Source: Pelagicoccus sp.
GTDB taxonomy: Bacteria > Verrucomicrobiota > Verrucomicrobiia > Opitutales > Opitutaceae
NCBI GenBank assembly: GCA_028284635.1
Contig: JANQRJ010000001.1
Location: forward strand, 30,624-94,623
Direction: 5' to 3'
Length of the DNA stretch: 64,000 nucleotides
The notes beneath the pieces were generated by a model, which searched no databases, was not told where the DNA came from, and saw nothing but the letters and a program-made list of their open reading frames with translations. Below, piece after piece: positions 8,397-17,074 of the stretch (its first letter is position 1; every line of letters begins with the position of its first letter). Both the position numbers and the translations under genes were made by a program.

Positions 8397-8789
8397 CTAG
8401 GCGCCGACCGCTCTTGGCGGCGGTACGCTTGTATCCAGAATTGCCTTTGGAAACGGTTTCGCCTCGCTTGTCAGCCGCTGCCACCTGCGCGGTGGATATA
8501 GGGCGAGTGTCGTGGAGATGGCCACGAGCAGCAGGAGGAGATTGGCGTGCCAATAGAGGGGCGTCGTGTCGCTGGATTCAGCTTGTCGGTCGTCGACGTA
8601 AATGCAGATGCCGCAGAGGTCCTTGGTCTTCATGGCCTTTTGCAGGGCTCCGGCGAAGCTCGGCGTTTCTCCGTCCTGCCAGGCCATTCGCGCCCAGGCG
8701 AATCCTTGCAGCAGTGGCAGGTGCAGGCCGCTGGCTAGGATGACGGTGGCGAGCGCCATAACGCTCCAGGCTCTTTTGTAGCGTGGCAT
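8397..8789 (-). CDS. DUF2946/CruR-like small protein with CxxC and Pro-rich C-terminus
   Basis: 130 aa; hydrophobic N-terminus (LQGFAWARM), CGIC, C-terminal VPPPR; directly upstream of the OM transporter. Confidence 0.6.
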   Translation of the reverse strand: MPRYKRAWSVMALATVILASGLHLPLLQGFAWARMAWQDGETPSFAGALQKAMKTKDLCGICIYVDDRQAESSDTTPLYWHANLLLLLVAISTTLALYPPRRWQRLTSEAKPFPKAILDTSVPPPRAVGA

Positions 8790-8878
8790 CGATTTGGAAG
8801 TCTCGCTACGAAACGGGCGGCGGCGGTTATGTCAATGACCTTGCAGACTGGTTGTCGTACCCTAGAGAGTGTGCGGAG

Positions 8879-10477
8879 ATGAGTGTCTTGGAAAGCGTGT
8901 TTGGAAACGAGCTGATTTCGTTGTTCGTCGTGGTGGGGGCCGGCCTTTTGCTTGGCAGCATCACTGTTAAGGGGATCAATTTGGGGAGTTCCGGGGTGCT
9001 TTTTTCCGCCTTGCTGGCTGGCCATCTCGGTTTGGAGGTGCCGGGTGGGGTGGGCAGTTTGGGACTGGCCTTGTTCGTGTATTGCGTGGGTATCGGGGCG
9101 GGACCGCGTTTCTTTCCAGCGCTGGCTCGCGAGGGAGGCGGATTGGCTAAGTTGGGCTTCGTCATCGTGGGAGTCGGGGCCTTGACGGCTTGGGGTTTGG
9201 GTAGGCTTTTCGAACTGCCGGCCGATCTGATGGCGGGTTTGTTTGCGGGGGCGCTGACCAGCACGCCGGCCCTGGCGGCCGCTTCCGAGGGGGCTGGAGC
9301 GGCAAGCCGCGGCGTGGCAATTGGCTACGGGATTGCCTACCCTTTTGGAGTGATCGGGGTGGTTTTGTTCGTCCAGGTGATTCCCCGGATTCTGAGGAGC
9401 GAGGATGAGGCTTCGGTCGAGGATCAGGCTGGCGAGGGCGATGTCGTCAGGCGGGTTTTGGTGGAAGTGGCTAATCCGAGTCTGGCGGGACAGAATATTG
9501 GCGAAGCGAATCTCGCGGGCTTCGCTTGCCAGATTTCTCGCGTGATGCGCGACGGCCGCTTGGTTCCGCTCACGAGCGAGGACGCGTTCGAGTTGGGCCA
9601 ATGTCTGCTGCTGGTGGGCCGGAGCAAGGACATGGACCTGGCGATCGGCTACCTTGGTCGGCGCAGCGAGAAGCCGGTGGCGATCGATTCGGAAAACGAG
9701 CGTCGTCGCCTGGTGGTGACTTCGAAGGCGATTGCCGGGCAGGCGCTGCAGGAGATCGCTCCGTTGCGCAGCTTCGGCGTGGTTGTGACGCGGGTGAGCC
9801 GCTTGGGGCACACCTTCGTGCCAAGCGGAGATACAAGGATCGAGAGCTACGACGTCCTGACGGTGGCTGGACCCGAGGAGGGTCTGGACGAGTTTGCCAA
9901 GAAGATTGGCCATCGCCCGCAAGCATTCGACCAGACGGATCTCATTTCGTTGGCGCTGGGGTTGAGTTTGGGGATCTTCATAGGCATGGTCCCGATCGGC
10001 TTGCCGGGTGGGGAGCCGATGACGCTGGGCCTGGCGGGTGGGCCGCTTTTTGTGGCTCTGGCGTTGGGTTTCTTTGGGCGAGTTGGCCGTATTGTCGGTC
10101 ATATTCCCAGGCCGACCCGTACGCTTCTGCAGGAGCTGGGGCTGGTGCTTTTTTTGGCCAGCGCAGGTGTCAAAGGCGGTTCAAGTTTGGCGGAGACGGT
10201 CGCTCAGTATGGGGCCACGGTTTTTCTGGCAGGCGGTCTGATTACTTTGGCGCCTCTTATGGTGGCCTACCCGTTTGCTCGAAAACTGATGGGACTCAGC
10301 CAAGCCCAGACGCTCGGCGGTATCTGCGGTGGCATGACTAGCACGCCAGCTTTGGGGGCTCTGACCGCTTCGAGCGATTCGCAGCAGCCCATCGTGTCGT
10401 ATGCCACTGCCTATCCAGTTGCCCTGATTATGATGACCGTGCTCGCCAAGATCCTGTTGCAGGCTCTCGGTATCTAG
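8879..10477 (+). CDS. AspT/YidE/YbjL family antiporter with two TrkA-C domains
   Basis: Duplicated GALTSTPALA/GGMTSTPALG and YPFGVIG/YATAYP motifs; central soluble RCK-C region. Confidence 0.9.
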   Translation: MSVLESVFGNELISLFVVVGAGLLLGSITVKGINLGSSGVLFSALLAGHLGLEVPGGVGSLGLALFVYCVGIGAGPRFFPALAREGGGLAKLGFVIVGVGALTAWGLGRLFELPADLMAGLFAGALTSTPALAAASEGAGAASRGVAIGYGIAYPFGVIGVVLFVQVIPRILRSEDEASVEDQAGEGDVVRRVLVEVANPSLAGQNIGEANLAGFACQISRVMRDGRLVPLTSEDAFELGQCLLLVGRSKDMDLAIGYLGRRSEKPVAIDSENERRRLVVTSKAIAGQALQEIAPLRSFGVVVTRVSRLGHTFVPSGDTRIESYDVLTVAGPEEGLDEFAKKIGHRPQAFDQTDLISLALGLSLGIFIGMVPIGLPGGEPMTLGLAGGPLFVALALGFFGRVGRIVGHIPRPTRTLLQELGLVLFLASAGVKGGSSLAETVAQYGATVFLAGGLITLAPLMVAYPFARKLMGLSQAQTLGGICGGMTSTPALGALTASSDSQQPIVSYATAYPVALIMMTVLAKILLQALGI

Positions 10478-10597
10478 CATAATACGCTGCAAATAAACGA
10501 CTAGCCGCTTAAAAAGACAACCTTGCCTTTTAAAATGGCAAGGGGCGCGTGGCGGAGTGTGTTTCAACGAAAGTGTCGCTCTTCGAGTAGCGCCACT

Positions 10598-10675
10598 GTG
10601 CCAAACTCTTTCGAGTTCGGCTACTTCGCCTATGCAAAGCTTGCTTTGGTAGCCGAACTCGAAAGAGTTTGGCAC
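10598..10675. repeat. REP doublet, GTAGCCGAACTCGAAAGAGTTTGG family (GTAG ends face inward)
   Basis: Perfect 27-bp inverted repeat with 24-bp spacer; homologous copies at 16784-16850 and 46429-46509. Confidence 0.9.
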
Positions 10676-10764
10676 GCCCAGACGACACCTAAAAACATGC
10701 CCGTGTGACGGTGTGATTCACTTCGCGGTTGATTTTTTTTCGCGGGGCCTTTCATGAAAACGGC

Positions 10765-11313
10765 ATGCCGATCTACGAGTTCTATTGCCCGGAAAACAAC
10801 ACGGTTTATTCCTTTTTGGCCAAGTCGCTTGCTTACCAGGACAAGACGCCTCGCTGTCCGACGGATCCTGCTCTGCCGATGCGCAAGCAGGTGACGGGCT
10901 TTGCCTTTATTGGGAAAGCGAAGGAGCCATCGGCTGGTGGCGGCTTGGACGATTTGGACGATGCGAAAATGGACCAGGTCATGGCTGAGCTGGAACGCGA
11001 CATGGCGGGCTTTGACGAGGACAATCCCGACCCGCGGCAGATGGCTCACCTGATGCGCAAGATGTCTTCGCTGACGGGGGAGAAGCTTCCGGGCGAAATG
11101 GAAGAGATGGTGCGTCGCCTGGAATCGGGAGAGGATCCGGAAGCGTTGGAGGAGGAATTTGGAGATGCGCTGGACGACGACGGCCTGGACGATGGCGATC
11201 TGGAGGATGGCGCCGAGGAGAGTGCAGGCGCTCGTCTTCTGAGATTGCGTCGCCGTATCATGGGGCCGAAGCGTGATCCGAATCTGTACGAGATGTCTGA
11301 ATACTGCGACTGA
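10765..11313 (+). CDS. FmdB-family zinc-ribbon-like protein with acidic C-terminus
   Basis: MPIYEFYCP...PRCP N-terminus (each CxxC knuckle retains only one Cys); D/E-rich tail. Confidence 0.7.
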   Translation: MPIYEFYCPENNTVYSFLAKSLAYQDKTPRCPTDPALPMRKQVTGFAFIGKAKEPSAGGGLDDLDDAKMDQVMAELERDMAGFDEDNPDPRQMAHLMRKMSSLTGEKLPGEMEEMVRRLESGEDPEALEEEFGDALDDDGLDDGDLEDGAEESAGARLLRLRRRIMGPKRDPNLYEMSEYCD

Positions 11314-11321
11314 GGGAGTGA

Positions 11322-11393
11322 CTGGGAACGCGGGCGGCTCGCTCGCAATCAGTCTGACTTTGCATGCTGCGGGCGGGCCGCCCGCGTTCCCAG
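11322..11393. repeat. REP doublet, CTGGGAACGCGGGCGG family
   Basis: Two inverted 26-bp GC-rich palindromic units immediately after a stop codon. Confidence 0.88.
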
Positions 11394-11641
11394 TTAATTT
11401 GCCTTGATTTCACGAGACGCTGGTCCAGCTTTCGCGAATCGCTATGAGAAATTCAGCCACAGCTTTTTCCGTGTTCTCCACTGCTGCGTCGTTGGACGGG
11501 ATGGCTTGGTGGCTTCGTTTGCGGGTTCGACGATGGCGAAGCTGAACTAGCTTCCTTTCGATTTCTTCTGTCGAACCTGACCCTCCCTGAGCGAGCGTCA
11601 GGTTTTTTTGCGTCCCAAAACAATCTGCAAACGAAATTTCC

Positions 11642-12346
11642 ATGAAACCATTTCTCTCATCGTATCAAGGCGTCTCCTTTTTCGGACGCCCCTATCAGGA
11701 ACTGCTTCGCTGCTTCGGGCTCGTCGAACCGGAGCTCAGGGGCAAGACTGTGCTGGAGTGCCCCTCCGGGCCGTCGTCCTTCGTGGCGGAAGCGAGCCGA
11801 CGTGGCATCGAATGCGTTGGCGTCGATCCGCTGTTCTATCGTTGCCCACAAGCTCTCGGCAAACTGGCGTTTTCCGACTTTGCGGAGATGTTTGCCATGA
11901 TACGCGAAAAAGCGGATCGCTTCGCCCAGGGCACCTATTCGAGTATCGAGGAGGCGGAGCGTGTCAGACGCGCCGGGCTGATGACGTTTCTGGATGACTA
12001 TGCTTCGGGCATAGCCGCTGGCCGTTATCGGCAGGGCAGCCTGCCGAATCTGGGATTCGCGGACCGTTCTTTCGACGTAGCGCTCTGCGCCCACTTGCTT
12101 TTCGTGTATTCCGAGAGCCTCGATCTGGATTTCCATCTGCAGGCGGTTGCGGAACTGTGTCGCGTGGCTCGCCAGGAGGTGCGTATCCATCCGATCGTTG
12201 ACGGCTCGAATCGTCGCTGCTCTTTTCTCGAGCAGGTGATTGAGCGGGCCGAGTTTGCGGGATTTTCAGCTCGAATCATCGCGGTGGACCACGAGTTTTT
12301 CCGCGGCACGAGCGAGACGCTTCTGCTCAGGAGGTCGGAAGCTTAG
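11642..12346 (+). CDS. Class I SAM-dependent methyltransferase
   Basis: VLECPSGPSSF (motif I variant), GVDP, LPNLGFADRSFDVALCAH. Confidence 0.8.
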   Translation: MKPFLSSYQGVSFFGRPYQELLRCFGLVEPELRGKTVLECPSGPSSFVAEASRRGIECVGVDPLFYRCPQALGKLAFSDFAEMFAMIREKADRFAQGTYSSIEEAERVRRAGLMTFLDDYASGIAAGRYRQGSLPNLGFADRSFDVALCAHLLFVYSESLDLDFHLQAVAELCRVARQEVRIHPIVDGSNRRCSFLEQVIERAEFAGFSARIIAVDHEFFRGTSETLLLRRSEA

Positions 12347-12654
12347 GTCCACCTACTAGGGAGTTCACGAAGGCATGGCGAAGAAAGTTAGAACTTTTGT
12401 GAAACTTGGAACGGCCTTTTTGCGAATCTGATAGAGGAGCATCGATTCGCTTTGCGGGTCGGTCCCGAGGCTTCGCCTGGAAGAACGAAAACTTTTTCAT
12501 ATTTTCCCACAATCGATTTCGTAGTCGGCTCGTTCTTCCCGGCAGCAAGACAGTTTTATAAGCTTTTTCTGGTGTGGATTTGAGGAACCCAGAAAAACTA
12601 GAGGAGGGCCCGGGCGGATGGGGATCTGCCCGGGTTTCTTGCGTCTAGCCCCTG

Positions 12655-12746
12655 CTCATCTTCTTCTGCTTCTACTTCTTCATCTTCTTCTAGCCCTTGT
12701 TGGGGGGGAGTGGATGAGGATGAGGATGAGGAAGTAGATGAAGATT
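12655..12746. repeat. Hexamer-periodic palindrome (CTTCTA/GATGAG type)
   Basis: Same arms as 50-129, 38382-38477 and 60858-60953. Confidence 0.85.
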
Positions 12747-12824
12747 AATGGCGATGTTTGTCGGCTTGCGGTCGCTCTTAACTTGCTCGGCTCTTGGTTT
12801 GCGGTCTTTTTATGCGGTTTTCCA

Positions 12825-13925
12825 ATGCCCTCTGCCTACTCGCAAATCGTTAAACCGGAGCTGCTGCTCCAGCCTGTCTATCAACCGGGCAAGCCCATCG
12901 ATGATGTTGCCCGCGAGCTTGGACTCGATCCGACGGGCATCCTCAAACTGGCTTCCAACGAAAACCCGCTAGGCGCCTCGCCTCGCGCGATCGCGGCGGG
13001 CAAGGCGGCGCTGGATCAAGTGGCGCTGTATCCGGATGGTGGTTGCTACGAGCTCAAGCGGGCTCTGTCCGAAGTTCATGGTTTGGACCCGGAGCAGTTC
13101 ATTGTGGGCAACGGTTCGAATGAGGTTCTGGAGATCGTGGCTCACGCCTTCCTCGGCGCTGGCGACGAGGCGGTCATGGGCAAGGGGGCCTTTATCGTGT
13201 ACAAGCTCGTGACTCTGCTTTTGGGGGCGACTCCGGTTGAAGTGCCGATGGTCGATTTCAGACACGATCTGCCGGCCATGGCGGCGGCGGTCACCGAACG
13301 CGCGAAGGTCGTCTTTCTGCCAAGTCCCGATAACCCTAGCGGCACGGCGAAAACTGCAGCGGAGATTCGCTCCTTCGTTGAATCGCTGCCGGATCATCTG
13401 CTTTTCGTGCTCGACGAAGCCTATGCCGAGTACCTGGAGGACGGTCCGGACTTGCGGGATCTCCTCTTGGCGGGGCGAAAGGTCTTCTGTACCCGGACCT
13501 TTTCCAAGATTTACGGTCTGGCGGGCCTGAGGATCGGCTACGGTTATGGGGATGCCGAATTGGTGGGCCTGCTCAACCGGGCTCGCGAGCCGTTCAACGC
13601 GAACGCCGTGGCTCAGGCTGCCGCCATCGCCGCGTTGCAGGACCAGGACTTCGTGCAGCAGTGCCGATTGGCGAACTTGGCTGGCCGGCGCCAGCTGGAG
13701 CAAGGCTTTGCGTCACTGGATCTTGAATACATCCCAAGCTCTGCGAATTTCGTCTCGGCGAAAGTCGGCGATGGCGTCGCCTGTTTCCAGGCTTTGCAGA
13801 AGCAGGGGGTGATCGTGCGCCCGCTGGCGCCTTATGGCATGCCTGCTTGGGTGAGGGTCAGTATCGGTCTGCCCGAGGAAAACGAGCGGGTCTTAGCCTC
13901 CTTGAATTCGTACTTGAACTCCTAA
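12825..13925 (+). CDS. hisC: Histidinol-phosphate aminotransferase
   Basis: YQPGKP, KLASNENP, GNGSNE, DEAY and RTFSKIYGLAGLRIGY (PLP lysine); start moved from 12738, which lies in the repeat. Confidence 0.95.
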   Translation: MPSAYSQIVKPELLLQPVYQPGKPIDDVARELGLDPTGILKLASNENPLGASPRAIAAGKAALDQVALYPDGGCYELKRALSEVHGLDPEQFIVGNGSNEVLEIVAHAFLGAGDEAVMGKGAFIVYKLVTLLLGATPVEVPMVDFRHDLPAMAAAVTERAKVVFLPSPDNPSGTAKTAAEIRSFVESLPDHLLFVLDEAYAEYLEDGPDLRDLLLAGRKVFCTRTFSKIYGLAGLRIGYGYGDAELVGLLNRAREPFNANAVAQAAAIAALQDQDFVQQCRLANLAGRRQLEQGFASLDLEYIPSSANFVSAKVGDGVACFQALQKQGVIVRPLAPYGMPAWVRVSIGLPEENERVLASLNSYLNS

Positions 13926-13993
13926 GCTCGGGCGAGGCATGGTAGCCTTCCTCCAGGGGCGTTCTTCGCCTTTCGAGTTCCTAACAATCAGCA

Positions 13994-15334
13994 GTGAACG
14001 TTTTCACATCCTTCGAACTCATCGTCTACGGTGTTCTCGCCGCCTTTCTTCTCACGCTCAACGCGATTTTCGTCGGCGCTGAGTTCAGCCTGGTAAAGCT
14101 CCGCTTCACCCGCTTCGGCACCGTGAAGATGAAGGAAGCGAAGCAGGCTCCTCGCATCGCCGCTCTGCTGGACGACATGAGTGGCAGCATCAAGGTCCTG
14201 CGCCTAGGGATTTCCATATGTACGCTGGCCAGCGCCTTTCTGCTCGTGCCGCTTTCCTTCGTCCTGACCCACCACCTTGGCTGGGCTCCCGGCTGGGAGT
14301 TGCGCTTTTCGATTCTAGTGAGCCTGCTTGTGGCGGTGTGCTTGCATTTCGTGCTCGGAGAGGTCGTGCCGCGAGCGATCGCCTTCCAGTATCCGGTCCC
14401 TACCGTTCGCTGGGCTTTGCCGGTGGTTTCGCTGTTTCGTTTTCTGGCCGCTCCACTCTCTGCGCTGCTCAACGGAGCCTCCGATCTGCTGCTCAAGGCC
14501 TTGCGGCTGAACCCGAGCCTCGACATGAATCTGCTCGATGTGGAGGCCCAGATTCGCTCTATGGTCGACGAGGGCGATGCTTTGCCGTCGGTGGCGGAAG
14601 GCATTGTGAGCAATGCTCTTGAGCTGGGCAAGCGGGTTGCCCACGACATCATGATCCCCCGCAATCAGCTCCAGTACATCGACCTGGAGGACACGATCGA
14701 GGAAAACCTGGAGCTTGTCCGCAAGACAGGCCACACCCGCTTTCCGCTTTGCGAGGGGGACCTCGACCACTGCATTGGCATCATTCACATAAAAGACGTC
14801 TTTCGGCGGGGCCAGGAGGAACGCCGCATCGAATGGACCGAACTCAGGCGGCCCATGATCCGCTTCTCCATGGACGAGCCGCTGGAGATCGTGCTGCAAC
14901 GCTTTCTCAAGACCCGCAAGCACTTCGCCCTGCTTACCGACGAGTTTGGCGGTACGGTAGGGGCCATAACGCTGGAGGACGTGCTCGAAGAGCTAGTCGG
15001 CGAAATCCAGGACGAGTTCGACCGCGACGAGGAGCTGATAAGCGAGACGGAGGAAGGCGTCTACCAGGTCGATGGACTCACTCCGCTGCACGACCTGGCA
15101 GAGCTGATCGGCATCGAGATCGAAGCCGAAGAGGTGTCCACGTTTGGTGGATACATCACCTACAGCCTGGGTCGCATGCCGCGTGTCGGCGAAACCATGA
15201 TTCTGGGAGGCTTGGAAATCGCGGTCACCGAAGTGGACGAACGCCGCGTTCTGCGAGCGAATGCCCGAGTGGTCTCCTCCGAAGAGGAAGAGGAAGCGAC
15301 AGATGAGGAAGCGGCTTCGCAAGAAGAGAGGTAG
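13994..15334 (+). CDS. Hemolysin-family CNNM/CBS/CorC-HlyC transporter-associated protein
   Basis: DUF21 N-terminus (NAIFVGAEFSLV, GEVVPR), CBS pair (HTRFPL, DEFGGTVG, LEELVGEIQDEFD), CorC domain. Confidence 0.92.
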   Translation: MNVFTSFELIVYGVLAAFLLTLNAIFVGAEFSLVKLRFTRFGTVKMKEAKQAPRIAALLDDMSGSIKVLRLGISICTLASAFLLVPLSFVLTHHLGWAPGWELRFSILVSLLVAVCLHFVLGEVVPRAIAFQYPVPTVRWALPVVSLFRFLAAPLSALLNGASDLLLKALRLNPSLDMNLLDVEAQIRSMVDEGDALPSVAEGIVSNALELGKRVAHDIMIPRNQLQYIDLEDTIEENLELVRKTGHTRFPLCEGDLDHCIGIIHIKDVFRRGQEERRIEWTELRRPMIRFSMDEPLEIVLQRFLKTRKHFALLTDEFGGTVGAITLEDVLEELVGEIQDEFDRDEELISETEEGVYQVDGLTPLHDLAELIGIEIEAEEVSTFGGYITYSLGRMPRVGETMILGGLEIAVTEVDERRVLRANARVVSSEEEEEATDEEAASQEER

Positions 15335-15433
15335 CGCAAGGTAGCGCAAGGTAGGGCTGGACCGCCGGGCCGGCCGTAGAGAATGGATCCTGCAACGCGG
15401 CCGGCCTGGCGGTCCAGCCCTACCCTGCGCTAC
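15331..15433. repeat. GTAG-type REP doublet (GTAGGGCTGGACCGCCGGGCCGGCCG) with outer GTAGCGCA arms
   Basis: Inverted arms 15351-15423; shares spacer gatcctgcaacgcggcc with 27698-27761. Confidence 0.88.
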
Positions 15434-16413
15434 TGGCAGGCTGCTCGTCTCAGTCGGTCGTTGACCGCCAGTCCCAGCCCAAGTTCTGGAGCCTCTTCAG
15501 CCAGGATTCTTTCGAATCCCGCCTCGTCGATTTCCCGCAGCGTGGCGAAAAGGCGAGCGGCTATCTCTTCAAGCCGACCGCCTTCGGAGAGCCAGAAAAC
15601 GTTCTTACCGTCGGTCTTGCTTGGTCGGGCAAGGAGCAGGATCGCGGTAGATTCGGGGGCATTCGAGATCTCGTCGGGGCCGAGTCCGCGTCGCAACTCC
15701 AGTGACGTGCGGGGGCTGTAGTGCTTTGCCAGGCTGCCAGGCGCGACCTGAGCCTGGCCTTCGCTCTCGACTTGGGGTTTGGGTCGTTCGATGGAGTGAC
15801 CTAGTTCCAATTCGACTTCCTCGGCGGGCAAGGCGCCGTAGCGCAGGATGCGGGGAGCGTCTTCGTCGCGCAGGTCGAGAATCGTCGACTCGATCCCCAG
15901 AGGACAGGGCCCTCCATCAAGGATGAAGGCGATCTTGCTGCCCAGGCTGGCTTCGACGTGTTGGGCTGTGGTCGGGCTAATGTAGGCGAAAGGGTTGGCG
16001 CTTGGAGCGGCCAGGGGGAATTCGCAGCGTTCTACCAGCTTGTGCAGAGCGGGATGGGCCGAGCAGCGTACTGCGACCGAATCGAGTCCCGCTGTCACGA
16101 TATCCGGTATGCGTTCGGTTTTCGGTAGGACGAAGGTGATCGGGCCAGGCCAGAAGCGATTGGCCAGCCTGAAGGCGAGGGCGTTCGGTCGGCAGATTTC
16201 CTCTAGGGCATCGGTGCCGGCCACGTGGCAGATGAGTGGATCTTGGGCCGGTCGGCCCTTGGTCTCGAAAATCCTGGCGCAAGCCTCGGGATCGAAGGCG
16301 TTGGCGGCCAGGCCGTAGACCGTCTCGGTCGGGACGCCAGCTAGGCCTCCGAAAAGCAAAAACTTGCGAAGGTCTCTCAAGTTTTCATCGGTGGGCTGGA
16401 GGATGGATGCCAT
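15430..16413 (-). CDS. sua5: L-threonylcarbamoyladenylate synthase (Sua5/TsaC)
   Basis: VPTETVYGL, KGRPAQDPLI, WPGP, APSANP, STILD; C-terminal SUA5 domain (APGSLAKHYSP). Confidence 0.95.
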   Translation of the reverse strand: MASILQPTDENLRDLRKFLLFGGLAGVPTETVYGLAANAFDPEACARIFETKGRPAQDPLICHVAGTDALEEICRPNALAFRLANRFWPGPITFVLPKTERIPDIVTAGLDSVAVRCSAHPALHKLVERCEFPLAAPSANPFAYISPTTAQHVEASLGSKIAFILDGGPCPLGIESTILDLRDEDAPRILRYGALPAEEVELELGHSIERPKPQVESEGQAQVAPGSLAKHYSPRTSLELRRGLGPDEISNAPESTAILLLARPSKTDGKNVFWLSEGGRLEEIAARLFATLREIDEAGFERILAEEAPELGLGLAVNDRLRRAACQ

Positions 16414-16477
16414 GGGCGGAAGGCGAATCGCAGGCCAACCCGGTCCTGCGTCGCTCGCTGGCGGAGCGAGGCTCCGA

Positions 16478-16669
16478 CTACATCATCAGGCGCATGTTGC
16501 GGGCCCGACGGATGGCCTTCTTGACCTTCCTCTGCTGCTTCGAGTTGATGCGGTTCATCTTGGCGGGGATGATCTTGCCAGTTTCGGTCACGTAGCGGGC
16601 GAGGATGTGAGCGTGGGTGAAATCCAGCTCTTGAGGCGTAAGGCTCTGGGTTTTTGCTTCGGTGCTCAT
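16478..16669 (-). CDS. rpsR: 30S ribosomal protein S18, divergent Cys-free form
   Basis: 63 aa; LARYVTETGKIIP and QQRKVKKAIRRAR match the S18 core. Confidence 0.85.
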   Translation of the reverse strand: MSTEAKTQSLTPQELDFTHAHILARYVTETGKIIPAKMNRINSKQQRKVKKAIRRARNMRLMM

Positions 16670-16683
16670 AATTGGAACGGCGA

Positions 16684-16711
16684 AAAGTAGAGTCGACCCC
16701 TCCCGTGTCAA
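16684..16711 (-). promoter_or_regulatory. Sigma70-like promoter for rpsR (TTGACA-N16-TACTTT)
   Basis: Consensus -35 and a TAnnnT -10 ending 15 bp upstream of the ATG. Confidence 0.5.
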
Positions 16712-16783
16712 TAGCGGAAACGAGGGAAAATGGACGGTTGGGTGCGGCTAAAAGTGTCGCCGTCCGAGTTGCACCGCCGTACA

Positions 16784-16850
16784 AAACTCTGTCGAGTTCG
16801 GCTACTGAAGCAAGCTTTGCACAGTCGAGGTAGCCGAACTCGACAGAGTG
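16784..16850. repeat. REP doublet, GTAGCCGAACTCG family
   Basis: actctgtcgagttcggctac / gtagccgaactcgacagagt; spacer homologous to the other two copies. Confidence 0.85.
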
Positions 16851-17002
16851 GAGCGACATCGCGAAGCCCAAGAGCTTGGTAGGCCCAGGTGACACTTTGA
16901 AACACGCCCGTCGAATTGCTCGTTTACAGCAAACGCTTTACAGCCGCCCGCCTCTTCTTAAGAAATCAGCCTCATCGGCCGGCTCGCTGCCGATCCTGCT
17001 CT

Positions 17003-17074
17003 GGGGCCATAGTTCAACGGATAGAACAAGGGTTTCCTAAACCTTAGATCTGGGTTCGATTCCCGGTGGCCCTA
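17003..17074 (+). tRNA. tRNA-Arg(CCT), CCA not encoded
   Basis: GGGGCCA/TGGCCCT acceptor stem, GTTC/GAAC D stem, AGGGT-TTCCTAA-ACCTT anticodon arm, CTGGG-TTCGATT-CCCGG T arm. Confidence 0.95.

Noticed and set aside
10598-10675. Repeat-spacer-repeat units (27-28 bp repeats, 24-25 bp spacers) resembling mini-CRISPR arrays
   Set aside because: The repeats are inverted rather than direct, the spacers of the three copies are homologous to each other, and there are no cas genes; these are REP doublets
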